Virus record (IMG/VR): IMGVR_UViG_3300010429_000981
Coordinates: 1-64,000 of that record
Reading direction: 5' to 3' (one strand)
From: a virus
Taxonomy: Duplodnaviria; Caudoviricetes
DNA: 64,000 nt
Below the pieces are notes generated by a model. That model searched no databases and was not told the DNA's origin. It saw only the letters and a program-made list of their open reading frames with translations. Positions 54,854 to 64,000 of this stretch are shown piece by piece. A program made the position numbers and the translations under genes. The first letter of the stretch is position 1, and every line of letters begins with the position of its first letter.

Positions 54854-56778
54854 TGAATTTATCTCCTATAGTAAGTAAACATATTCCAGAATTTGTAAAT
54901 GATGATTATCCATTATTTGTTCAATTCCTAAAAACTTATTATAAATGGTTAGATAATACTCAAATAACATCTATTGAATCAGTAGTAGATATTGATAATA
55001 CTCTTGATTCTTTTATTAAATATTTTAGAAATGAATTAGATGTTTATGGAATTAAATATCAACATATCGATGAAAGAATTTATCTTAAACATGTAAAGCA
55101 ATTCTTTTTAGCCAAGGGTTCTGAAGCGGCTTATTGGTTTTTATTTAGAATACTATTTAACACTGAATCAGCAATTTTAAGACCCTGGGATTATGTATTC
55201 ATTCCCTCTGCTGGTAAATGGCATCAAGATATTACCGTATTAGTTAATATCACTAAAGGAAACGGTAACAATTTTGTTCAGGATAAAGTAATTGTTATCG
55301 GCAATGATGGTAAAGAATATACCGGTATTGTAAAAAATGTTATTCAAATAAGACCTACTATTTTTGAATTATATTTAGATCGTAAACTTACTGGTGATAT
55401 TAGTCCCTATAATTTAGTAAAATCTCCTGATAATAGTATTAGAGGTAGATTAGAACCAGTTATTAGTAAATTGGTCATAGAATCCCCTGGTAAGGATTTT
55501 AATATTGGTGAAGTGTATAACATTGATACTTATAATGGTTTTGGAACTAAAATCATTATTCAGGAAGTATTTGAGGATGGTGGAATAAAAAAAGCCGATC
55601 TAATTAGTTTTGGGTTGGGTTATGATACTATATTTAATTATACATTATTTCCATTAATTAATGATGAAAGAATTTTACCAGAATATAATTTACAAATTAC
55701 TAATACTTCTGGTGGTATACCTTCTTATCTTAATTATAAAACAGATGATAATATTAATGAATTAAATGAAAGTGGAGCAATAGCAAAGCATAATTATGGT
55801 ATTACTCCTACAGAATATTTTGTTGATTTAACATATGTAGGTAAAAAACTAGGTGACTTAACTAATAGTACTAAATCTACAGATGATATATCTACTGCGG
55901 CATTAATTAAATTTTATATAGATTATAGTTGTAAATACCCAGGATATTATTTAGATAAATATAATGTATTAGGGCAACATGTATATATACAAGATTCTTA
56001 TTATTATCAAATTTATTCATATGTTACTGCACTAGATAAGCCATTAAAATCTTATCGAACATTAGTAGAAAATGCGATTCACCCTATTGGCAATAAATTA
56101 TTTGGTTCATATAATCCTACCAATAAATCTAATTTATCATTGTCAGTAGTTGATAATATAGAAATTATTAAACCTGATGATTTAATTATAGATTATGCTT
56201 TAATTACTGATAGTATTGCCCTTAATAGATTATATAATCTTAATAATGAATTAACAAATATATCAGATTATTATTTAACAATATTTAAGAGTGGAGCATC
56301 GGCACCTCTTGCAACATTACCAATTAATATTGTTAACATTAGTGATACTGTTAATAAGATTGATATAAACAAAGTATTTAATGATAGCATTACCATTAGT
56401 GAAAATTTCTATTATGATAGATTATATAGCGATAATGCAACTATTACCGATAGTATTGTGTTTAATCGTTCTTATAAATTAAACGATGATAGTTTCACTG
56501 CTGTAGATAATGGATTTAGTAAAACACTTACACTAATTATTACTGATACTAATGTCGTTAATGTTTCTGATTATATACCTGAACCGTTTAGAGGTATATT
56601 AAGATACGAAAGTGATCAGGTAATATGCAGTGAATCTATTGAATTTACTATTAATAATGAGATTGCTAATAATATCATTATTAATACTTCGGGCGCTATT
56701 TATTATGGCGAATTATATGTGGATCAAACCCAACAATATTGGGATGCTTTGTATACAGAAAACGAATTAATTTTTTAA
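54853..56778 (+). CDS. gp7: Baseplate wedge subunit gp7-like
   Basis: IPEFV..DYPLFVQFLK.YY...KGSE.AY..LFRILF, and QDS.YYQ.YSYV...HP.G..LFG; follows gp6. Confidence 0.75.
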   Translation: MNLSPIVSKHIPEFVNDDYPLFVQFLKTYYKWLDNTQITSIESVVDIDNTLDSFIKYFRNELDVYGIKYQHIDERIYLKHVKQFFLAKGSEAAYWFLFRILFNTESAILRPWDYVFIPSAGKWHQDITVLVNITKGNGNNFVQDKVIVIGNDGKEYTGIVKNVIQIRPTIFELYLDRKLTGDISPYNLVKSPDNSIRGRLEPVISKLVIESPGKDFNIGEVYNIDTYNGFGTKIIIQEVFEDGGIKKADLISFGLGYDTIFNYTLFPLINDERILPEYNLQITNTSGGIPSYLNYKTDDNINELNESGAIAKHNYGITPTEYFVDLTYVGKKLGDLTNSTKSTDDISTAALIKFYIDYSCKYPGYYLDKYNVLGQHVYIQDSYYYQIYSYVTALDKPLKSYRTLVENAIHPIGNKLFGSYNPTNKSNLSLSVVDNIEIIKPDDLIIDYALITDSIALNRLYNLNNELTNISDYYLTIFKSGASAPLATLPINIVNISDTVNKIDINKVFNDSITISENFYYDRLYSDNATITDSIVFNRSYKLNDDSFTAVDNGFSKTLTLIITDTNVVNVSDYIPEPFRGILRYESDQVICSESIEFTINNEIANNIIINTSGAIYYGELYVDQTQQYWDALYTENELIF

Positions 56779-56792
56779 CAAATTAGGAGAAA

Positions 56793-57272
56793 ATGATGAT
56801 TGATATTTCAAATTTGAAAATTACTGGAAAAGTAAATATTAAATTATATGATGAATTTAATAACGTAAAGGATGAGAGATACGTAGATAATACGATTGTA
56901 ACAACTGGTTTATTATATATTGCAGAAAGAATTGGTGGAAAAGATAATACTGGCGCCGCAATGGAAGCCGTTATGTCCCACATGGGGCTAGGAACCGGTT
57001 CCGCAGCGGTACTTCCCGCTCAAACGGCGCTTATTACTTCGTTGGGTAATGCAGTAGCCCTATCTAGCACAACTGTTGCTGCTGCTCCTGCTTCTGCAAT
57101 TACATATGTCGCCACTTTTGGGCCTGGTGTTTTTACGAATTCTGCTATTGTTGAAGCCGGAATTTTTAATGCCGCTACTTCCGGTGTTATGCTATGTAGA
57201 ACAGTATTTTCAGCAATTAATAAACAAGCAGCAGATACCTTATCAATCTCCTGGACTGTTTCAGTTGCTTAA
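56793..57272 (+). CDS. Small virion structural protein
   Basis: N.IVTTG...IA.R...SHM.LGTG...I.EAGIFNA...G.MLCRTVF..INK...DTL.I.W.V pattern of phage tail proteins. Confidence 0.6.
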   Translation: MMIDISNLKITGKVNIKLYDEFNNVKDERYVDNTIVTTGLLYIAERIGGKDNTGAAMEAVMSHMGLGTGSAAVLPAQTALITSLGNAVALSSTTVAAAPASAITYVATFGPGVFTNSAIVEAGIFNAATSGVMLCRTVFSAINKQAADTLSISWTVSVA

Positions 57273-57280
57273 TTATAATT

Positions 57281-60052
57281 ATGCCTTCTATATTTAAGAA
57301 CACATTAAAAACGTCTTTATTAACAAGTCTTTATAATGAAATAAAATATAATAATAACAATTACTATTATTATATCGCCAAACCTGATACTTGGGATGAT
57401 GAAGAAGTAATACCAACACCGAGTAATACAATTTCTAATGAAGTTGCTACTCGAAATAATATTGTGTTTCTTAAAAAAATTACTATTAATGATTTAGCGT
57501 TTATCATTAATCGTTATGATTGGGAATATGGAACTTTTTTTGATAGGTATGATGATAAAGATAATACGATAGAAACTAAACATTTTTATTGTTTAACTTC
57601 AATGAATAATGTTTATAAATGTATAGATAACAATAACAATGGCCCTTCTACTGTTCAACCCTATGCAACTTCACAGAATATAATAAGTACCAGTGATGGG
57701 TATAAATGGAAATTTATGTATAATATTCCTATTGCTATGCGAGATAAGTTTCTGACAAGTGATTTTATGCCAGTTACTAATGCCGTTAGTAATGAACATT
57801 ACACCAGAGGTTCTATTTACTCTGCTACCGTTGCTAATTATGGATATGGTTATGGTTATAATACTACTTTAACAGTATCAGGCAATGGTTATCAAAAAAA
57901 TAATAAATTATTAATTACTGGGAATATATTAAACAATAAAGGTTCTGGGTATCTTTATACACCAGATATTATTGTTAACAATCCTTATGATGCTGTTCCA
58001 TTTACATTAAATACTGAATATTTATTAGGACAATATGTAGAATATAATGGTAGAATTTATGATGTCGTAAAGGCGGGTATTTCTTCTGCTAATATTTATC
58101 CAACTCATACTTGTTTATGTGATGATCCTGTTTCCAATGGAACTCTTTCATTATCTTTTGTAGGGAAACCTCTTAACGGTTCTGTTATATTAAGTAATGA
58201 TTACACTATTAATAGTATTAGTTTTGAATTATTTGTGGGTGAAATAATCATGTCTAATTCTGGATATGGTTATACTGATGCTACCGTTGTCATTAGTGAT
58301 CCTCCTGCTGGTACCGGTCATGTTGCTGCTACAGGTATATGTAATGTTATTAATGGTAGAGTATCTTCTATCTCTATTACTAATACCGGAATAGGTTATA
58401 ATAATTCTGAGTATTATGTTGTAACTATTTCAGAACCATTCTCTGGTTATATTGATTTTTCTGGTAATTCATCTATATCTGTTGATGATATTATTAAACA
58501 TGGTTATAATTATTATAAAGCATTGGCTGATGGGACTTTATCAAGTGTTGGTCCTACTCATGATATCGGAATAGTATTAAATGGAGACGTTAATTTAGAA
58601 TATGTTGGTCAACAGGCTACTGCTAATATTAAATTATTTTATGGATATGGATATTCAGTAGATCCTATTATTACTATAGAACCACCTCAATTATATAGTA
58701 TTTCTAATAATAATTATTACACATTTGTTGAACGAAATACTGCTTTTGATCCAATTGCCGTAGATAAACATTCATTAATAAGATATAGTGATAATTATTA
58801 TATTGTCGATGATGATAATGTAACATTAAGTAATACAGAAGAACCCCTACATACCACTGGGTCAATAAATAATTTAGCATTTATTGCTACTATAAAAGAA
58901 TTTAATGAAGCAGGAGTTGATTTAGTAATAGGAGAATTTTTATTAGTTAAGCCAGAAGGTGAAACAAATAGAATGTATGAGGTAATGGCTAATATTACTA
59001 ATCTAACATCTATTCCTACTCATATTGATGGTACTACAAATAACCTTAAATATATTCCGCTAATATTGCCTAGTATAACTATTAATACTGAAAAAAGTGC
59101 TGCTAGATTCACTCCTATCATTGAAAACACTCAAATTACTGGGGTTGTATGTAATGATCCTGGTGTTGGTTATACTTATGCTACAATTACTGCCAATGAA
59201 TCTTATTATGGTGTCGGTGCTAATGTAGATATTAGACCAGATATTATTTATGGTAATTCTAGCACTAAACAAGATTATATAGAATTAAGTGCTATTCCTG
59301 GAACTATTGAATGTATGAGAGTAGAAGTACCCGGAGTTTATTGGACACCCCCTACTTTAACAGTGATGGGTGATGGATTTGAATGCACTGCTACTCCAAT
59401 ATTAACAGGTAGAGCTATTACCGGTGTTACTATTACTAATCCAGGACACGATTATTCTTATGCTAATATTATTATCACCAGAGATTTAGGAGATGATAAT
59501 ACCGAGGATGCTATAATTACTCCATTAATATCTCCTCAATCTGGGCACTGTAAAAACGCTATTACTGAATTATACACTACTGCCTTAGGAATAGGAACTA
59601 CTTTATCAGATGAAAGAATAAATGGATTTACTCTTAATAATGAATATAGACAATTTGGTATTATTAAAAATCCATTACAATATTCTTCTAATTTACGCTT
59701 TAATAAATCAATAGGTTCCGGTTGTTTTACTATTTTATGTCAATTAAATAGCGGTACTCTTGATCTTTCTTTGCCTATAACTGATATAAATAATAATGAA
59801 TATAGTATTTTAGGTTCTACGATTACTACTATGCCAACCACTCATATTAATTTATTATTACATCCTAAAGCAAATAGTAAATTAGTACTTGGACAAACAT
59901 TATATCAAGGACCAAAACAATTAATTATCATTTCTATTGATTATCCAGACATCAACAAACAAACTGGAGAATTATTATTAATTGACAATAGAGAAGCATT
60001 TCTTCCCAATAATGAACAAACTGTAGTATTAAAAACCGTCATCAACTTTTAA
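57281..60052 (+). CDS. gp8: Baseplate wedge subunit gp8-like, expanded with repeats
   Basis: RYDW..GT.FD.YDD...FY.....NVYKC.DNN...PST.QP...SDGYKWKFMY.IP; multiple G.GY repeats. Confidence 0.8.
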   Translation: MPSIFKNTLKTSLLTSLYNEIKYNNNNYYYYIAKPDTWDDEEVIPTPSNTISNEVATRNNIVFLKKITINDLAFIINRYDWEYGTFFDRYDDKDNTIETKHFYCLTSMNNVYKCIDNNNNGPSTVQPYATSQNIISTSDGYKWKFMYNIPIAMRDKFLTSDFMPVTNAVSNEHYTRGSIYSATVANYGYGYGYNTTLTVSGNGYQKNNKLLITGNILNNKGSGYLYTPDIIVNNPYDAVPFTLNTEYLLGQYVEYNGRIYDVVKAGISSANIYPTHTCLCDDPVSNGTLSLSFVGKPLNGSVILSNDYTINSISFELFVGEIIMSNSGYGYTDATVVISDPPAGTGHVAATGICNVINGRVSSISITNTGIGYNNSEYYVVTISEPFSGYIDFSGNSSISVDDIIKHGYNYYKALADGTLSSVGPTHDIGIVLNGDVNLEYVGQQATANIKLFYGYGYSVDPIITIEPPQLYSISNNNYYTFVERNTAFDPIAVDKHSLIRYSDNYYIVDDDNVTLSNTEEPLHTTGSINNLAFIATIKEFNEAGVDLVIGEFLLVKPEGETNRMYEVMANITNLTSIPTHIDGTTNNLKYIPLILPSITINTEKSAARFTPIIENTQITGVVCNDPGVGYTYATITANESYYGVGANVDIRPDIIYGNSSTKQDYIELSAIPGTIECMRVEVPGVYWTPPTLTVMGDGFECTATPILTGRAITGVTITNPGHDYSYANIIITRDLGDDNTEDAIITPLISPQSGHCKNAITELYTTALGIGTTLSDERINGFTLNNEYRQFGIIKNPLQYSSNLRFNKSIGSGCFTILCQLNSGTLDLSLPITDINNNEYSILGSTITTMPTTHINLLLHPKANSKLVLGQTLYQGPKQLIIISIDYPDINKQTGELLLIDNREAFLPNNEQTVVLKTVINF

Positions 60053-60065
60053 GAGATTTTTATAA

Positions 60066-63000
60066 ATGGCAATCAATTTCAATTCCTATCCTTATTTTGA
60101 TGATTATGATCCAGAAAAGAATTTCTATAAAATTTTATTCAAACCTGGATATGCGGTTCAAAGTAGAGAACTTAATCAATTACAATCTATTTCCCAGCAT
60201 CAAATTTCTACATTTGCTAATCATATATTTAAGAAAAACTCCATGGTTATTCCTGGTGGTGTTGTATTAAATACTAAAGCAGATATTTTATTTGTTACTA
60301 ATATTAATGTTACTAATTTAATTGGTAAAACCATTACTAATGCTCCATTAATAGATGGATTTTATCCTAATACTGCGGGATATTTTGACAATTATATTAC
60401 TGCGGTAGTATTAGGTAGTTCCCCCGCTACCGATGATTATCCTACTTGTTTATACATAAAATACTTTAATTCATATAATGTTACTGGTGAAGAAAATAGA
60501 ATGCATTTTCTTAATACAGATACAGTATATACTATTGAAGATAATCCTACTCAAATAGTGATTGATATTAAAGGTGCTAATGTTGGTAAAGTTGTATCTA
60601 TTGATAAAGGGGTGTTTTATACTAAAGAATTATTTGTAGATGTTTATACACAAAATCTCATTGTTGAACCAGAAAACAATACCATCACTAATTGCATTAT
60701 TGGGTTAAATATTATTGAATCAATTGTAGATTCCTATCAAGATGAATCATTATTAGATAATGCTCAGGGACATCCTAATCAATATGCTCCTGGTGCTGAT
60801 CGTTATAAAATAGAACTAATTCTTACCAGAACAGATAAAAACACTATAATTGATGAAGAAAAATTCATTCAATTAATGACTATTGAAAACGATGTCATTA
60901 CTTATTTGAATAATAATACTCAATATGCCGAATTATTAAAAACATTAGCCAAAAGAACTTATGATGCTAATGGTAATTTTATTGTTAATGGGCTAAAAAC
61001 TTCAGTAAATAAGTCTTATACTGATGATTATATTTGGGTTGGTGTGGGTAGAGGTGATTGTTATTTGGGTGGCTATGAATATAATCAATTACATGATGTA
61101 AACATTCCTATTGCAAAACCTAGAGATATATACCATACCGAAGAAAAGCCCTTAGTATCTACTTTCCTAGACAACATGCCATTTTTTTATGTGGCAGGTG
61201 GTAATAATTTTAATGATTTAGGGGTTGAACAACCGTTTTTAACACATTTACCAGAAAAAAACGAATTAGTTCAATTTATTAATAATAGACCAGGGCCAGG
61301 TATTACCAGTAATGTTGTTGGTTACGGTGTGTATAAAGAATTACAATATTATGCAGGAGATATTGCAGATAATATAGGTGAAAAAAGTACAGCAATTTAT
61401 AAAATGTATTTCGACAATATTACCATAGAATCTGGTTATTCAATAAATGATATAGGTGGTTATAAGAAAATTGGTGCCGAAGATATTGGTGCTCCTATTC
61501 TGTGTGAGTTAAATATTAGTGGTGCAGTAACAACCTTCGAATATTTTGATAACAGTGGTGATGGGGATATGTTTAGCAATACAAATATGAACATATTTGC
61601 TGCTGATGATATAAATAATCCTCCTCTTAGTTGGGTACCTTACTATGTAACTTATAATAAAATATATGTTATAAAAACACTTAAAACTAATAAAATTCTA
61701 TCTAGTGAAGTAATTAGAAATATTAATTATTCTGCCACGTTAGTATCTGCCTTTATTACTAATTATTCTAATGAATATTATCCATTAATAAAATTAGATA
61801 ATTCTACTATTAAAACAACAAAAAGATTGGATAATAATGAAGTCATTAACGATTTATCTTATTCAGTAATAAAAGCCTATGATGCAACTATAACTACTAA
61901 TGGTGTAGATACTGGTATAAATGGGTTTAGGGTTGATAGTGAACCAAGTTCTTATTTTGAAGATTATTCTATAAATGATTATAGCGCATTTAAGAAAACT
62001 GTTGCTGGTTATATTAATATTCCACTTGGTACAGGTATAATAAAATTTAATAGCACCTTTACTACGTTATCTTTTCATGCACCTAATGATATTGCGATTA
62101 ATACTGATATTGTTCTTTATACAACATTAATTAAAAATGAAGTTGCTCACTCTAATAATTCACCAGAAACCGCTACAGTAGTAATTCCTACTCCGTCTAA
62201 ATCATGGATTGCATTAGGGCATCAAAACATTCAAGAAATACTTTCAATCAAAGATTCTGGTGATATTAATGTTGCTCCTAATATTAACAATAGTATAGAT
62301 ATTACTAATAGATACATTTTTGAATCAGGGGCTAACGCTACCAGTATCAATACCGGATTTATTAAATTAAAAAGAAATAATGCTCCACCTATCGGCCAAA
62401 TATCAGTAAACTATACTTACTACAAACAAACTGATGGATCATATTCATGTGTTGATAGTTATGGTGATTTTCGAAGTGATGATTTATCTTATATTGGAAG
62501 AATAAGAGATGTAAAAGGCAATAATAAAGAAACTGTTAATATTAGAAATTGTATTGATTTTAGAACTACTTATTCTAATTATTTCTTTAAGAATTATGGT
62601 AGAATAATTGCTGCTAACAACCTTGTATACTTAAAAGATATCAATTTATCCTTATTTGCTGCTAGGTTTAGTGATATTAATAATAGATTACGTATAATTG
62701 GTCCGGGTATTCCTAACGGTGCTGATATATCTTCTATATCTATTAATTCTATTACTGGTGATAGTGTTATAAATTTAACTATTGATGCGATACCAGCCTC
62801 AGGAACATATTATATTGGATTAACATCAAATAATAGTTTGGTAGATACTACTGCTGTTACTTATGGTCTAGGTAAAGAATATACTTATCCAAAAGATTTA
62901 GCCAGAATTACCTATTCTTATACTAAATTCCTGCCTAAACATATCCATCTTTATGTCAATCGTGAAAAAGATTCTCTAAAAATAGATCATAAAGAAGTTT

Positions 63001-63995
63001 CTGGGTATCAGGAAATATTACAATTCAGAAGAAATGAATATAAATTACCATTAGCCTATATCTATATGTATCCCTATACTATTGATATTAATGAAGTATC
63101 TATAGAGAAATTTGCCAATCCAGTATATAAAATGTTAGATATTCATGATATTAAAGAACGGGTAGATCGTAATGAATATTATACCTCATTAGCATTAAAT
63201 AGAGATATGCATCAAGAAATTGTAGATGCTACTGTTGAAGGTGCTACTGAAGCCGCCCGTGGTATGTGGAACGAAGATTTTGAGGATGCTTTTAGTCAAG
63301 ATTATAATTCTGATGATTATAAATGCACCATCTATGATAAATCTTATTTAAGTCCAGGAGTTATTACCAGAACTATTAATTTATCCCCAAAAAGTACTGA
63401 AGTGTCTGGCAATTATAAACAAACTGGTTCTACAGTCACATTACCCTACACTGAAGTAAAAGCCTTTGGTAATACTCCTGCTTCTACTTTTAATAATTTG
63501 AACCCTTATAATACAATGAATTGGGAAGGTAAATTATCATTAAATCCAATGGTAGATAATTGGGTTGATACCGTTACATTACCTGTAGTAATTAAACCAA
63601 TAACTATTAAACCAGATGAATTACCTACTCCACCTATAGATTTACCTGAAATAATTCCAATGCCCCCAGTATATGTATTACCTCCAGTAATATTACCCCC
63701 TCCTCCTGAACCTATTGAGGAGATAGTTATTGAAATTTCTAATCTTAGGAAACAATGGGGTAAAGACTCAAAGAATGGATATCACGCCATCACTTTTGAT
63801 TGGAAAACTAATTTAGGCAGAACGGGTAGAGTAAATACTGACTCACATCTAAGTTTAGAAATAAGACGCAATGGTTGGGATGGTGTTTATGCTAAATCAT
63901 TAAAAAATAAAAAATATAAAGATATAGAGGTCAAGTCTTATTTACATGCAGGAAGACACTTTGACCAAAAAGACCCCTCAAAATGGCGTGTTTAA
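60066..63995 (+). CDS. Large virion structural protein (DUF4815-like)
   Basis: MAINFNSYPYFDDYDPEKNFYKILFKPGYAVQSRELNQLQS, APGADRYKI.L, RTYD..G.F, PYN...W.G...LNP..DNW.D. Confidence 0.75.
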   Translation: MAINFNSYPYFDDYDPEKNFYKILFKPGYAVQSRELNQLQSISQHQISTFANHIFKKNSMVIPGGVVLNTKADILFVTNINVTNLIGKTITNAPLIDGFYPNTAGYFDNYITAVVLGSSPATDDYPTCLYIKYFNSYNVTGEENRMHFLNTDTVYTIEDNPTQIVIDIKGANVGKVVSIDKGVFYTKELFVDVYTQNLIVEPENNTITNCIIGLNIIESIVDSYQDESLLDNAQGHPNQYAPGADRYKIELILTRTDKNTIIDEEKFIQLMTIENDVITYLNNNTQYAELLKTLAKRTYDANGNFIVNGLKTSVNKSYTDDYIWVGVGRGDCYLGGYEYNQLHDVNIPIAKPRDIYHTEEKPLVSTFLDNMPFFYVAGGNNFNDLGVEQPFLTHLPEKNELVQFINNRPGPGITSNVVGYGVYKELQYYAGDIADNIGEKSTAIYKMYFDNITIESGYSINDIGGYKKIGAEDIGAPILCELNISGAVTTFEYFDNSGDGDMFSNTNMNIFAADDINNPPLSWVPYYVTYNKIYVIKTLKTNKILSSEVIRNINYSATLVSAFITNYSNEYYPLIKLDNSTIKTTKRLDNNEVINDLSYSVIKAYDATITTNGVDTGINGFRVDSEPSSYFEDYSINDYSAFKKTVAGYINIPLGTGIIKFNSTFTTLSFHAPNDIAINTDIVLYTTLIKNEVAHSNNSPETATVVIPTPSKSWIALGHQNIQEILSIKDSGDINVAPNINNSIDITNRYIFESGANATSINTGFIKLKRNNAPPIGQISVNYTYYKQTDGSYSCVDSYGDFRSDDLSYIGRIRDVKGNNKETVNIRNCIDFRTTYSNYFFKNYGRIIAANNLVYLKDINLSLFAARFSDINNRLRIIGPGIPNGADISSISINSITGDSVINLTIDAIPASGTYYIGLTSNNSLVDTTAVTYGLGKEYTYPKDLARITYSYTKFLPKHIHLYVNREKDSLKIDHKEVSGYQEILQFRRNEYKLPLAYIYMYPYTIDINEVSIEKFANPVYKMLDIHDIKERVDRNEYYTSLALNRDMHQEIVDATVEGATEAARGMWNEDFEDAFSQDYNSDDYKCTIYDKSYLSPGVITRTINLSPKSTEVSGNYKQTGSTVTLPYTEVKAFGNTPASTFNNLNPYNTMNWEGKLSLNPMVDNWVDTVTLPVVIKPITIKPDELPTPPIDLPEIIPMPPVYVLPPVILPPPPEPIEEIVIEISNLRKQWGKDSKNGYHAITFDWKTNLGRTGRVNTDSHLSLEIRRNGWDGVYAKSLKNKKYKDIEVKSYLHAGRHFDQKDPSKWRV

Positions 63996-64000
63996 CAAAT

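Noticed and set aside
1450..59272. Many short ORFs antisense or out of frame inside longer genes (for example 1450, 4854, 5693, 9225, 9867, 11411, 16043, 16434, 17121, 19327, 25796, 40773, 42012, 43081, 48009, 51930, 57076, 59060)
   Set aside because: They are fully nested in well-supported genes, lack an RBS or motifs, and are typical shadow ORFs.
1..64000. Stop-codon reassignment (alternative genetic code)
   Set aside because: Conserved genes are full length under code 11, and TAG and TGA end genes at expected positions; no suppressor tRNA is seen.

Overview
An AT-rich segment of a large T4-like myovirus genome. No bacterial chromosome or prophage integration features are visible. From about 1 to 38.6 kb, almost all on the + strand, are replication and accessory genes: dsbA, RNase H, spanins, dCMP deaminase, purM, a PD-(D/E)XK exonuclease, a ClpP-like protease, RNA ligase 1, two phosphoesterases, gp33, gp59 and gp32. 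From 38.6 to 45.5 kb is a minus-strand morphogenesis operon (gp4, gp2, gp54, gp16, gp26, gp51, tape measure). From 46.6 to 64 kb is a plus-strand baseplate operon (gp48, gp53, hub, gp5, PAAR, gp25, gp6, gp7, gp8, large structural protein). The most striking signal is a dispersed set of 11 His-rich genes: six ADP-ribosyltransferase-fold paralogs, a HipA/PI3K-like kinase, two large helical-repeat paralogs, a GNAT-like protein and a small protein. All start with a sequence resembling the T4 internal-protein capsid-targeting sequence, followed by an [ILV]-x-E prohead-protease-type site. All also lie downstream of late-promoter boxes, which suggests a packaged and injected effector arsenal. Other notable items are a LAGLIDADG intein inside the Zn-binding motif of an M15 endolysin, two Ser tRNAs with non-canonical D- and T-arms, a probable ATT start for RNase H, a candidate -1 frameshift joining gp26 to gp51, repeated promoter cassettes, an orphan HicA, and phage-encoded outer-membrane proteins. 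All family assignments come from motif recognition by eye; no database search was run.
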